Source of the DNA: Amoebidium appalachense
Taxonomy: Eukaryota > Protista > Ichthyosporea
Direction: 5' to 3'
Assembly (NCBI GenBank): GCA_963693365.1
Contig: CAVNZM010000005.1
Location: 6,635,388-6,699,387, forward strand
Length of the DNA: 64,000 nt
The translations under genes and the position numbers were made by a program. Below the pieces are notes generated by a model. The model worked only from the letters and a program-made list of their open reading frames with translations. It was not told the origin of the DNA and did not search any database. Shown here piece by piece: positions 44,184 through 57,774 of this stretch. Numbering within the stretch: position 1 is the first letter of the stretch; every line of letters begins with the position of its first letter.

Positions 44184-46122
44184 GGCACCATCCAGACCTG
44201 CACTGGAGGATATGATAACACGAAGCGCGCTCACGAAGTTGCTTACAAAAGAAAGGGCGACTCCGACGACTTTTCTTTTTAGGCCAAGCCTCCAGAAGAA
44301 TGTATTATGCCTGGAATCCCCCTGCTCAACGAAAATGGCTGGCAAATGGGATACGAAAACTGCTCACGAATGGAAGCATGTGTTTTCTGAAGGAGGCTTG
44401 CTTTGCCTACCCTCTTCTTATGAATTATGAACCGGGCTTTTACTGGTTCTGACGGGTGATATATTTCTTTATGTCGCCCAACGAAGAACACTTGGGCATT
44501 TTTATTCTGTTTTTCCCAGCTCCGATGATGCAGGGTTAAAGCTGAAAGGAAAGAAGTGCTCTTTGTTCATGAAAGAAGTGGCTTTTCCGGCCATGGTGAC
44601 TCGCCTTACAGTCTTAAGGTAGAACCGGGATAAGGAGCAGCGGCTAAGCCTTGAAGCTATCCACCACTACCTGAGCTACGAAGTGACCTAAGGCTCGAGT
44701 TATATTCATTATCGAATGTTTGGTATGATCATTCATCCACACAACCAAATTACTCGCAATTGAAAACGAATCTGCGGGAGTATCCTAAAAAGGAAAAATT
44801 CCCAAAAAGGAAAATACTACTTCTACAGAAAAGCCAAGCACAGAGACGAAGGCTTAGCGAATTATTCGCACGCACACTCTGCAACAATCTTCGCCACGAA
44901 AATGAAATCACAGAAGAATGCTGCATGAATTTACGTTTTGGCAAATGAAGAAGTGCTCATAGACGTGCACAACTCTATTCCACCGTCCTTGCTCTGTTCT
45001 GTCCAGCAGCTCGGCACACACAAGAATTCTCGCTGAAGGTTGTTTATCGCCTCTCAGCCTGGTGGTTTGCTTGTCTAACGACACCACCAGGCTCCCGACA
45101 AGGGGGGGAGTGTAAACAACTGTACACATGAACTGTACATGTTTACTAAAGAATGTGATCTACTAGCACACAATTCGTTCTTTGTCATGAATATCACATA
45201 AATATTATGTCCACACCAATAGGAATCAATCTTACCTAAGAAATGAACCATGTATGATTCTTCAGCTGCATACCACATAAACGAAGTGAACCAATAAGAG
45301 GTTTGCATAAATAGGACAAAGGTCTGACTGGCTCGGACCGCACCAGAATCACGAATGGCATGTTGCCACCCGCGCTGGCCGCGGATGAACCAATCCTGGG
45401 CCTTGATCCGAAACCTGGGGGCTATATAACAAAGCCGTCCCAGTACGGGGATCACATCAGTGAAGTCTGAGACAGACTGAGTCGGCCCATAGTAAAAGCA
45501 ACCTGGCCACGTGTGCCTTTCTACCCGTTCTCTGTCTTTATTTTGATTCAGTTGTACTCTGCCTTATCCTAACTAGTCCAACTGTTTACAACAAGAACAC
45601 CGCACGGACAGGCTGGGGGGCAGCCTCTGGTCCTTGCACCTTACACGTACACCACAACCTACTAGTACACCCACCACCGTCAGACCACCTACCTATAGTC
45701 TTTCGCACTACACTTAGCCTTTCTACGCCGTCACCACAACACACTTACAGACTTAACGTACGCAAACTTAAAAGCCAGCGCGGCCAAGCAGACACTCGCT
45801 TCTTTTTCCAGACGGTGCAACCGAGTCTATTATCGCTTGTGCGTGATGGACGCCAAACCCCGCTACGCACTGACCAGACCTTCATCGATAGCGTCTGGTC
45901 TACAGTACGAGAAACTTTGTGGTAAAGTGCCCTCGGAGTGGCTAGCCACCATAGTGTTTCCCATCAAGAAAACGGTTGCACGGGGTCCCATTCACGAATT
46001 TCGCCCTATCACCCTTACGTCCGTTGTTCGCCGATTATTCGAAAGTGGCCTTTTACAGGCCTTTTCCCGTGACCCCACCCTTAAGCAGGCTTCCCAGCTG
46101 AGCCCTCTTCAGGCGGCGTTTC

Positions 46123-49100
46123 TGTTGGAGTACACTGGTACTCCCGGCTAGCAATGTCTGTTAGAGAAAGTTTCTGAGCAATTGAATAATTGTTTCAACA
46201 CTCACTCGAGTGCATAGAGCTTTTGTTTACGGTCATATTCATATATGGTAGTTATATGTTTGAGCCAAAACTGTACCAATGACGAGCTTCACTAGCAACG
46301 TGCTAATTGTGCTCATTAATTAATATTCCCGGTTCAGATGATGTCATGTCTATATTTGCCACAGGATTCTATTCTTAGAGTGGTAGTGTGCTTTATTCCC
46401 GGATATTCTCAGAATATTTTTAGTTGTGTGAAGTAAGATTTACGTTTAACTGCAATTGGTGTGTTAAACACGTTTATTTGTGTGCTTTAGTGCAAGTTAA
46501 CTAGCCACTCAACGTGCACAGTTAACTTTTATATCTTTAACGACTTGTTTTCATTGTGCTCTCTTTTCGGCCATGCTGTACATGGCCCACCACCAGGGTG
46601 CACACGAGGCCACCATGAGGTGGCCAACGACTATATAAAGCAGTGCCTCCCATGTCACAAACATGGGAAGCAGAACGTTTGATTTACACTTTTCTACTGT
46701 CGTTTTCAGTGCACAAAACACATAGACAAGTTACCCATCATACACGACACTATGTCTGACAACTTACAGTTGCAGCAACTAGTCCAACTACTGGAGCAGA
46801 GGTTGGCCTCACAAGATGCAATCATTTCTGACTTACAGAAGGAACAACGTGCACTAGAACTAGCTTCTATGAACACGATGTCCAACAGGGTTATGGGCCC
46901 CTCACGTAATGATTCCATCAAGTTCAAGGTCGACATCCCTCTCTTCACTGGCATTGATAATGATTCAGGCACGGACTACCACACATGGGCCGAAACCATG
47001 TATGTCCAGCTTTCTGGTGCTGGTCTTCTCCACACCATCGCGCCCAGTACGGAGCACCCGGCTACCCGTGAACAGGTCGACACTGCCCGTTCCTACCTGT
47101 GGCAAGCACTCTCGGTTGACGTGCGTTGTATCCTAGGGTTAACACGCACCACCACACCTGCGGAGATATGGTCGGCCCTATCTGCCCACTACCTGGAGCA
47201 ATCTGAGGCCAATCAGTACGACCTTATCGGGCTGTACATGAATTCTACGCCTGAACCTACGGACACCGCGACGAAATACGCCATGAAGCTCCGCGGCTAC
47301 GTGCGGCGCCTGGCCGATTACGGCACACAAATTGGTGATGCTCAAGTGCTGACCAAGCTCACCAACGACCTCGGCAAGGTGCCTTACTACGAAATGCCTG
47401 TCATTGCCTACAAGATGACACCCAAGCCTACCGTAATGGGCCTCCTCCAACAGCTACGGGCATATGAGACCAGCCACCCACGTGCACTTGTGACTACCAG
47501 CTCCGGGCCGGCCGCCTTCACCACACGGGCTCCTCAACCTGTCATCTGCCACGGCTGCGGCAAACCAGGCCACATCAAGTCTCAGTGCCCCAACGGCAAC
47601 GGCCAACACAGCAACTCTGGCAACAACCGTGCCAGCACCTACCCCAAGGGTTCCTGCGTCAACCACCCACTGTCTACCAGTCACACTACCGCCATGTGCA
47701 AGGGGGGCAACCGTGCCAACGGCCGCAAACCTAAGGGTGGTCCCCTCCCGCCTGGGTCCTGCATCAACCACCCTGCCTCTACTACCCACACTACGGCACA
47801 GTGCAAGGGGGGGGCTGCCGCTCCCCGGGCTTTCCTCATGTCTAGCAACGACTGTGGCACCAACAAGGTGCTCCTCGACTCTGGAGCCACTGACCATGTG
47901 TGCCCCCGGCCCGATGTGTTCGTCAACATGCGTGATGCGCCTTACTCCACGGTCCAAGTAGCCGACAAGGGTGCATGTGCAGTGCTTGGGGTGGGCGACG
48001 TGTTCTTTTCCAGCACCATCGACGGCGTTACTGCGGTGCATCAGCTGACGGATGTACTCTACGTGCCCTCCATCCCCGACACTCTCATCAGTGTGTTCAC
48101 GGCATCTACCAACAGCGTTTTACCCCGCTTTGACACCCGCGGCGGCGTTAAGTTGTGCTACGGCGATCAAATTCTGGCCACCGGCTCGGCTGTCGGCACC
48201 AAGCTGTACCACATGGCGGTGTCTCTTCTGCGCGCGGACACAACCCCGGACGCCCAAACCACCACTGCTCCGCGTATCCTCAAGGTTACTGCCGACCTCA
48301 ACACGTGGCACTACCGTCTGGGCCATGCTGGCATTGACGCTGTACGCTCGGTCATCAAGTCTGCAGGCCTATTGGTGGGTGGCGGTGCCAAGTCTCCGGG
48401 TGTGTGTGAGCCCTGTGCCCTCGGCAAAGCCCACCGTGTTGCCTTCTCCGAATCAACCAGCCAAGCTCCCCGGGTCCTAGCCAAGGTTCACAGCGACATC
48501 AGCGGCCCCTTCCCTCCCGCGATCGGTGGTGCTCAGTACTTGGCGACGTTCCACGACGACTTCACCGGCCACACCACGGCCGTGCCCCTCGTCAAGAAGT
48601 CGGACACACTGGCTGCATATGTGACGTACCACAAGGCGGCGCTTACCCAACACGGTGTTCCCATGCAGGTGTTTCAGTCCGACGGGGGGGCGAGTACATG
48701 GGCACGGCCTTCGGGGACTACAACCGTGAGCACGGCATTCGCCATCAGATCACTACCACCGGCTCTCCTCAACAGAATGGGACTGCCGAACGACTGAACC
48801 GGACCCTCCTCGACATGGTTCGGGCACTCCTGCAGCAGTCCGGCCTTCCGGTGGGATTCTGGGCCGAGGCAGCTGTGACCGCGGCTTTTATACGCAACAT
48901 GCTCCCGTCGCGAGCCACCGGCAGCCAATCGTCTCCCGCCCTGCTGTGGACCGGCATTCCTCCCGACTACAGCCGGCTCCGTGTCTGGGGCTCTCCCTGC
49001 TACGTCCATCAACAGGATACACCGAAACTGGCGCCTCGTGCCGTCAAGGGCATCTTCGTGGGCTACCCTCCTAACATCAAGGGCTACAAGGTCTGGATTC

Positions 49101-52002
49101 CAGCAGCACACAAGATGACCGTCAGCCGTGACGTGCAGTTCGACGAGGCTGCTATTCTGCACCCCCTCCGTGATGTCCCATCTGATTGGTCGACCGCACC
49201 GGCAATTCATCATTTTTTGGAGTCATCTGATTCGTCAAATCAGCCAGCCAATCACATCGTCCGGAATGATCAGCAATCTGATTCGTCTCGTCTGTCAGCC
49301 AATGGGACAGCGCCGAGTGATCAATTGGACATTCCGATCCTGCCCGAGCCTGCACATCGGCTCCCCCGGACGACCCGTAGTGGCGCTGTGTACAACGACC
49401 AACGTCGAGGCCCGACTGCCAACGTGGCTGCTGCTACGGCCCCCCTTGCCTCCCAGGCTACGGCTCCTGCATCAACACCCATCAAGGCTTCCACCATTGT
49501 TGTCCCCAAGACTGTCCGGGCTGCACTCAAGAGTCCCCAGCGTCTGAAATGGGAGGAGGCTGCACACCGTGAGCTCAAGGCCCTTGAAGACAACGGCACC
49601 TTCACCCTTGTGCCCCGTCCAGAGGATGGCTCCACTGTCATTCCGGTCGGCTGGGTCTTTACGGTCAAGCAGGACAACGTCGGCAACGTCACTGCTTTCA
49701 AGGCCCGGCTTGTGGCCCGGGGCAACTACCAGCAGCCTGGCCAGGACTATTTCGTCACCGAGTCACCTGTGGCTGCGCTGGCTACCATCCGGCTGGTTTT
49801 GGCTACCTCCGTGGCCCAAGGTCTGCCTCTGCGCCACATCGACGTCAACACAGCATTCCTCAACGGCACCGTCAACGAGACCATCTACATTGAGCAGCCC
49901 CCTGGCTTCGTCAACCCCTCGGCCCCCCATGCTGTCGGCTTGCTCCACAAGGCGCTCTACGGCCTAAAACAGGCACCGCGCCAGTGGTATGAGGCCCTCC
50001 GTGACCATCTCCTCGACCAAGGCTTCATTGTGAGTGCTGCTGACCCGTGCCTGTTCATCAAGAATGCCGGGACCCCAACGTTTATTGCCCTTGCTGCCTA
50101 CGTGGATGACTTCACCGTGACGGCCGCCACTGATGCGCTCATCGACGATTTTTTCACCAAGCTGGATGCTCGTTTCTCTGAGAAGGACCTGGGTCGTCCT
50201 ACCCTGCTCATCGGGCACACTCTTACCTGGCTGGAGGACGGGTCTCTGCGTCTGGGCCATCGTCAACACATCATCGACTTGGCTGCCCGTTTTCGTCTCA
50301 CCCACATGTCCGGCACCAAGACCCCCATCGTCCCGGGCCAGGCCAGTGAAAGCAACAAGACCCCAGCCCACAGCAAGACGGAGGACTATGCCAGCCTGGT
50401 CGGTGCCCTGCTGTGGATTGCGCGTACCACCCGCCCCGACATTTCCCAGGCTCTGGGAGTCCTTACTCGACACATTCATGCGCCCACCGTCACCCACTGG
50501 ACTATGGCTACCAGAGTTGTAAGCTACCTGCTGGCCACCATCGACCTGGGTATTGTCTACCGTCCCGGCCCCCCCACCCTTGTTGGCTACTCCGACTCCG
50601 ACTACGCCGAGGACCGCGACACCCGGCGCTCCACCACGGGCTATGTCTTCTTCATCAACTCCTCCCCTGTGTCCTGGGTGTCTCGGCTCCAGTCCATCAC
50701 CACCCACAGCTCCACTGAGGCTGAATTTGTGGCCATGTCTGCTGCTACGAACGAGGCCATATGGCTCAACTATGTGATGGACGACCTGGGCCTTAATCCT
50801 ATCGATGAGCCCACCCCGGTGCCCATCCATGGGGACAATGAGTCTGCCCGGGCCCTGCTGGACACCCTGGGGGTTAAGCCCAAGACCAAGCACATCGACG
50901 TCCGCTACTGCTCCGTCAAGGAACATCACCTGCTGGGCAACATCACTGTGGTCCCGGTGGCTTCTGCTGACAACAAGGCCGACATGTTCACCAAGGCCCT
51001 GTCTGCCTCTTTCTTCACCAAGGCCGTGGGGATGCTCAACATGTGCTGAGCACCCGTCATCAACCAACTGCGCCCTCATACTTCAGGGGGGGGAGAGAGT
51101 TGCATCCGACTGTGCAACTACGTGTACCATACTAAAATTGAGTAGGGGAATCTTTATTGTCTGTATTTTGTGCACCTGAAGCACTCGAGCTCAGTTGCAT
51201 TAATTCATACCACAATTATCCAATTGAGTAGGGGTGTTGGAGTACACTGGTACTCCCGGCTAGCAATGTCTGTTAGAGAAAGTTTCTGAGCAATTGAATA
51301 ATTGTTTCAACACTCACTCGAGTGCATAGAGCTTTTGTTTACGGTCATATTCATATATGGTAGTTATATGTTTGAGCCAAAACTGTACCAATGACGAGCT
51401 TCACTAGCAACGTGCTAATTGTGCTCATTAATTAATATTCCCGGTTCAGATGATGTCATGTCTATATTTGCCACAGGATTCTATTCTTAGAGTGGTAGTG
51501 TGCTTTATTCCCGGATATTCTCAGAATATTTTTAGTTGTGTGAAGTAAGATTTACGTTTAACTGCAATTGGTGTGTTAAACACGTTTATTTGTGTGCTTT
51601 AGTGCAAGTTAACTAGCCACTCAACGTGCACAGTTAACTTTTATATCTTTAACGACTTGTTTTCATTGTGCTCTCTTTTCGGCCATGCTGTACATGGCCC
51701 ACCACCAGGGTGCACACGAGGCCACCATGAGGTGGCCAACGACTATATAAAGCAGTGCCTCCCATGTCACAAACATGGGAAGCAGAACGTTTGATTTACA
51801 CTTTTCTACTGTCGTTTTCAGTGCACAAAACACATAGACAAGTTACCCATCATACACGACACTATGTCTGACAACTTACAGTTGCAGCAACTAGTCCAAC
51901 TACTGGAGCAGAGGTTGGCCTCACAAGATGCAATCACTGTTTCTGACTTACAGAAGGAACAACGTGCACTAGAACTAGCTTCTATGAACACGATGTCCAA
52001 CA
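46123..52002 (+). mobile_element. Full-length Copia element primed by half-tRNA(iMet) (hemivirus-type PBS)
   Basis: LTRs 46123-46887 and 51235-52002, near identical; TSD GTTTC; PBS GGGTTATGGGCCC at 46888-46900, complementary to the iMet anticodon arm; PPT GAGTAGGGG. Confidence 0.96.
46752..51049 (+). CDS. Copia Gag-Pol (starts inside the LTR; one frameshift in the G run near 48684)
   Basis: CHGCGKPGHIKSQC, LDSGAT, WHYRLGH...CEPC, HSDISGP, SDG, QNGTAER, KARLVARG, YVDD, YSDSD, ADMFTK. Confidence 0.93.
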
Positions 52003-54836
52003 GTTTCGGCATCGACACTCATGTTACGCACAAATCCTCAATCTACATAATGCAACTCAAAGTGATACCGAGCACCTCGTATTTATCGATTTTAAGAACG
52101 CGTACGACGCGGTCGACCTCCCTCGCCTGTGGGCCAAGTTGGCCACTCGCGGTGTCCCATTCCAAATGGGTCGGCTACTGGAAGCTATGTTTAAAGTTTA
52201 CACGCGGACGAGCGGTGGTTAATGGGCGGCTATCCCCAGGGTTTACCCGCACGGGCGGGGTGCTTCAAGGGTCCCTGCTAAGCCCCCTTCTTTTCAACCT
52301 GTATATTGATGATTTAGCCGACGCTCTTTCTGCGGCACAAATTGACGGAGGGTTGCCATCCCAGGCTCCCCCCGCCCTCTTTTTTGCCGACGATATTGTG
52401 TTTATGTCATCCGATCCTCTTGAACTACGGCAATACATTCGTGTGGTCGAACATTGGTGCCAGCGCAACGATATGAAGGTTAATGTCAAAAAGTGTGCCC
52501 TTTCATCAAAATCGATACCGGCATGGGACGACGTTTGTATTTTTGGCAGTCCCCTCCCTCGCCCAATCGAATACAAGTATTTGGAGATTCCGGTGGACGA
52601 ATGGGGCATATGTTTCAAACGGATGATCGACCGTCGGGTGGAGAGTGCAGGCAGGTGTCTTCGGTTATTTAGGGATGTGTATCTTGCTACTCTTTCTCAT
52701 ACTGTCCACCTATACAATCGTCTTAGTATATTTCGCACATATATTCGCCCTTTGTCTGAATACGGGTTGCCCTTACTAGCTATGGCACCCCCTGATACTG
52801 TTACTAATGTCCTCAAATCAATAGGGGTTTACGCTGTTTACTCGAGGCAAATCAATAGATGATTTCCACTACACAACTTGTTGTATGTTTCTCACTGGTC
52901 TTTCCACACCTATCCCTAGACGCCTTTTTGATTCTCTCTACGCACTCACACCACCATCACAACACGTACACGAATTAGCCCTTAAATTTCACGAGCACAT
53001 CACCCGCCTGTCCGCTTGTGCCCCGGACCACCCGCTCTTCCGGCTACACGCATCCCCGCCGGACTCGCCCCCGGCCTCTACCTCTTCCCTTCCCCATCGT
53101 CTCTGCCCATTGCCGAGCGTTATGTGGAATGGCTGGCGACCCCACCGGAGGTACGGCTAGATCATAGTGTGAATATGAATAGTTTCGTCTATGGCTGATA
53201 GATATCTTTTTACTCTACGTGTTGAGTCCCTTCCGGTGTTAGGACCGCAAAAACACCAACTACTAGTAGCCTATATGGCGGATACGGTTAGAGAGTCTCG
53301 TTCATACATAGATTCGTTTATTCGTAATGTGGTGTGGTGTAAAAACGCAAAGATGATTATGCCAGTGGATTGGCGGCCCGGGTGTAATCGGTTTCTGGTG
53401 TCTCCTGCTCGTATGTGTAATATGTGTGGGGGGCGGTTTACTCGCGGCTGCATATCTATCAATAAATGTAACCTGTTAGCTAATGTATTAGAACCGGAGG
53501 TTATTGGCGGTTTTATTCTCTTTTCTTCCTCTCTTCCTCGATATATCCGTTTTAATATGACTATCCTAGATCACCTTATTAATGCTGCACAGTATGATAT
53601 TGTGATCCGGTGCCTTAACTTCCTTTCGGAGTATACCGATGCTAGCCTCTGCTTACCCATAATATGTAATAGGGGTGTCGTATACTACGATGGCGCTCAT
53701 TGTTGCCTAGCATGTACATATGTCACTGGCTGCATTTGATTGGCTGTGCTGGAAAACGCAGTAGGCCGTCGAATGTGGCTGGGCCTCCGGCAGTGTCCAC
53801 GCAATGAAAAGTGTGTAAACCCATTGACAGCTCAGCCGCAGTCAATAAAAAAGTTGTAAAAAGAAAGAACTTCTGCGACTATCTTAACTTACTATTTGTC
53901 AAAAAAACAACAAACAATACTTCGACAAAGCGGAGGAAGCCTTCTACTCGTGTTCAAAGATATCCGCACTCGAGTTTGACTGTTATGCACTACAAGAAAA
54001 AAAAAAGCTCGCTCCAGACAGCTTTCTTCTACTCTGCTCTACACCGCGCTGCGTCACAAAGTGATCGACGATATCGTGTTCACCTTTTCATCAGCAAACT
54101 TCCCCGTGGCATTGCCAATATTGTGAGGCTATTATCTATTGCCAATATCGTAAAAACACCAGATTAATACTGAAGTAATATCAATTATCCATTGCCAATG
54201 TATTGCGAGGGTTTTATTTGTGGAAATTATTGACATAAATATTTTTCTGGGTAAACACGTAGGATGGGTGTCCGATATCAACAGGCTTTGTTTCATGTTT
54301 TAGCAGTTCGCGTTCGGCTGCCCGCATACGGGCACCTATTAGCCGATCAAAACATCAGATTCCACAGATCACTAGACCGAGTCTGATTGGCTCAGGATAA
54401 GATTTCACATAACACTAGATCGGTTTTGATTGGCTCAGTTCGGTAGCCGTAGGTATATAAGCACGACAGTTTTTAGCAGATCAGCAGGCAACAACACATC
54501 TTCTGTGTTTAGCACCTACAGCTTTACAGCTATATTTTCTTTTCACCCACCCACCTACACCCTACACTCAACCCCCATTGATCCCCACATACGTGCTGTT
54601 TTTTCACGGGGCGAAGACTTCCCCCGTTTTTTGGGCACAAGGACCTCACGGATCAATAAATTGATGACTGGGGGCCTGCCGTGGTTTACAACCATTGCAG
54701 GTTCACTTTCGTCCAAGGGGATGTCCCCCTAGAGGCAACACACGTCCCGGAGTAGTTTTCATAGATAGAGATTTTCTGTGGTGGGCCACCCACCCATTCT
54801 CACTCCCCCACACTCCCTTCCACACAGCACACACGA

Positions 54837-55045
<209 letters not shown>

Positions 55046-55234
55046 CTCACCTATACACTCTGCAGGCACAGCAAGAATGCTGTCGACATCACGGTCAACA
55101 TGCCAGCTTGCACATCTGCCCTGAGGTCCCCCCGATCGAGGTTCCCCCGACCTGAGGTCCCCCCCCCCCGACCTGAGGTCCCCCCCCCCCCCCCCCCCCC
55201 CTTTTACCCCAGCGAGAAGAGGATGAGAAAAAGA

Positions 55235-55307
55235 TGATCCCGACGGGATTTGAACCCGCGACCCCTCTATCTCCGGTCGAGTGCTCTACCAACTGAGCTA
55301 CGAGATC
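55235..55307 (-). tRNA. tRNA-like gene (anticodon position GGA, class I fold; probably TE-borne and not a translating tRNA)
   Basis: GATCTCG/CGGGATC acceptor stem, TAGCTCAGTTGGTAGAGC D arm, GGTTCAAATCC T arm, then T5; C33 and a mismatch in the anticodon stem. Confidence 0.75.
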
Positions 55308-55604
55308 GGTTAAGATCTCGCAGGCCACCAGCCGATCATGATCTGATTCATGCGATCGGACTGGATAACGATACCATCTTCCAACATCCCCACTCAGGAC
55401 GAATCGCAGAATCAGGTTAGGGTGGACTGCCCCCTCAGTCCCCACTGAACCCCTGTTCATGCTACCATTTTGGATTTCGTCCTGGTGCAGAGACTAGCGA
55501 TCTTGCTAGCCTTGAGATCACAACCTAACCACTGCCGATGGTTGTGATGACGCCAGTAAAGGCGTCCTGGCTTTTACCCCAGCGAGAAGAGGATGAGAAA
55601 AAGA

Positions 55605-55677
55605 TGATCCCGACGGGATTTGAACCCGCGACCCCTCTATCTCCGGTCGAGTGCTCTACCAACTGAGCTACGAGATC
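55605..55677 (-). tRNA. Second identical tRNA-like copy
   Basis: Same sequence as 55235-55307. Confidence 0.75.
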
Positions 55678-56279
55678 GGTTAAGATCTCGCAGGCCACCA
55701 GCCGATCATGATCTGATTCATGCGATCGGACTGGATAACGATACCATCTTCCAACACCCCCCCCCCCCCTTTTCTTTTCACCGTCCGTCCCATTTCCTGG
55801 CATCTCAATTCTATATTCTCCTCTTCTTTCTCCCAACTCTTTGCCCTTCATGCATTGCAAAGTTAACCACCTTGTTCCCTTGTGCTTTTTTTTTCTCCTC
55901 CCTCCATTCCATGTCTTCCCCCCCCCCCCCCCCCCTCTCCTTCACCTCCCTCTCTCCCTTTCCTCCCTCGAATTCCACCGTTTTGGATCATGTTGTGAAG
56001 ATTGACTGTTTTTCCAGGCTTTTGCTTTTCTCCCATGGCTTCGATTTGATGAAGTACACACAAAATTAGACCTGCAGGCATACACACACACACCGGCCAT
56101 ACTCTTGCTTGTCACACCTACGTCCTTGCATATTATCGATGCTTACATGTGTACACCCCACACCTTCCTGCTCACTCACCCACCCTCGCAAACACACAAC
56201 GCACGCACAACACACGTATACCGTTGCACTTCCGCACACAAACACAAGATCCGGACGACACACCTACACACACACACAT

Positions 56280-56317
<38 letters not shown>

Positions 56318-56659
56318 GCACGCACGCACACACGCACACACATACACAAGCACACGGGCACACACACGCACACTACACACACGTGTGTGTGTGTTCGTGC
56401 GCCTGTTTGAAGAAGGATGTTTCCTGTCTGCATGTGTTCCCTTTGTTGTTTTACTTGCGGGACAGAGGGTGGTAAGTTTGATCGTTTTCTTTGATTGACT
56501 TCTGCTGTGCTTGCCTTGCTTCGTTTTGTGTTGTGTTGTGCACAAGGTTTGGCAGAGATGATTGAGTGCACATGTGTACGTAGGTTCATCGGTATACCGC
56601 CACTCTTAACACACTATCACACACACACAATTCGGACAACACACCACCACAAACCTACA

Positions 56660-56777
<118 letters not shown>

Positions 56778-57365
56778 ACACGCACATACACATGTGGGTG
56801 CATGCATGCGCCCCTGACAATGACACACGTGTTTTGTCTGCATGTGTTGCGTTTATTGTTTTACATGCAGGACAGTGTGAACGTTAACGTTGTTTTGAAC
56901 GCTGTATTCGCGGCTTGCCTTGCTTCGTTTTCTGTGTTACGTTGTGCACACGTGCGTTTGCAAGATGGCTGATTCCACGTGTGTGTGTGGTTGTGCTTGT
57001 GCGTGATTAAGCCCACAAGGTGGACACACCAAACAGTTATTAAAGTCCTTGCTTCCACATGCTTATCTAACCTGGGACTCCCCACAGGCACCGCCAGCAA
57101 ACCCTGCAGACTGACAACCCATACGAGCAGTACTCAAGTTTGTTTGTAGCACACGATAAGTTTCGTCGGTGTATATTTTGTGTATTGTGTAGAAGTTCAA
57201 AAGATTCAGGCTGGTCCAGATCATCAGCATGTACTGTAAGGTGAAACATCAGGAAGTGAGGATTAGAGCGGCTAGAATAAAACGTGAATAATGATATATA
57301 CCAGCTGCGCTGGAGTAACCTACAATAAACGTATTTACCGTTCACGTGGTTCCGAAGGCCGCCCT

Positions 57366-57396
<31 letters not shown>

Positions 57397-57774
57397 GCCA
57401 CGGCCAGCAGGCCGGGCCAACTGCAGTGCGCACGTGCGCTTGCCTGGTGCGATCGTGCCCGTGGTATGTGCTACGTCATAGAGAGTCAAATTCCAATGAC
57501 TCATCTCAAGGAATGTGAGGTCTTTTGAGCTGCGAAAATCTGCCGATAGGCTGCCTGCCGCTTTTTTCTATATCTTCCGATAACCTGAGATCATCGCGAG
57601 CCACCGCGGCGGCAACCGCAAGATAATCCCCGATAAAAATCGAAACCAGCCAATCACGAATATTGCCTACTAACCATGGGGTAATCGCGGATCGGCTTTC
57701 GGGCCAGAATCTGCAGATTATCGGGGCTAAATGAGCCCAAAACCGCTACGATTATCTGCAGATTCGGGGGGTAG

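Larger units (their letters stand above)
38226..45590 (+). mobile_element. Non-autonomous, degenerate Gypsy-derived LTR element
   Basis: LTRs TGTAAACA...TGTTTACA at 38226-38703 and 45111-45590; TSD ACAAG; PBS TGGCGACCGCGGCAGGA (tRNA 3' end type, Arg-like); [13 protein letters not shown]; RT remnant DAGLKLKGKKCSLFMKEVAF near 44527-44586. Confidence 0.9.
30235..53660 (+). mobile_element. LINE (ORF1, APE endonuclease, RT), decayed and split by three LTR insertions
   Basis: Segments 30235-31030, 37342-38225, 45596-46122 and 52008-~53660 rejoin across TSDs. Motifs: ORF1 coiled coil; FWNARSL...VYFPP...GGFN (APE); FRPITLTSVVRRLFE, QAAFR, FIDFKNAYD, GVLQGSLLSPLLFNLYIDDL, FADD; C-terminal CNMC. The 3' end is approximate. 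Confidence 0.88.
55201..55756 (-). mobile_element. TRIM with tRNA-like sequence in both LTRs (Helenus-like)
   Basis: Identical 186 bp direct repeats 55201-55386 and 55571-55756 beginning TGTTGG on the minus strand; PPT-like GAGTGGGGA before the 3' repeat; 184 bp non-coding interior; flanked by poly-C. Confidence 0.7.

Noticed and set aside
48684-48691. Programmed frameshift in the Copia integrase (also the poly-C shift near 24595 in Gypsy pol)
   Set aside because: Both fall in homopolymer runs, the first inside the conserved SDGGGEY motif; more likely an indel or assembly error.
49964-51079. 371 aa antisense ORF and other shadow ORFs in Copia and YR pol regions
   Set aside because: Expected from GC-rich codon bias of the sense gene; no motifs.
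53669-54700. Possible hAT-like terminus TAGGGGTGTC; also MITE-like subterminal repeats at 57530-57774
   Set aside because: No matching opposite terminal repeat or TSD found in the window.
55235-55307. Functional tRNA-Ser(GGA) or a codon-reassigning tRNA
   Set aside because: No long variable arm, C33, anticodon-stem mismatch, and location inside LTR-like repeats.
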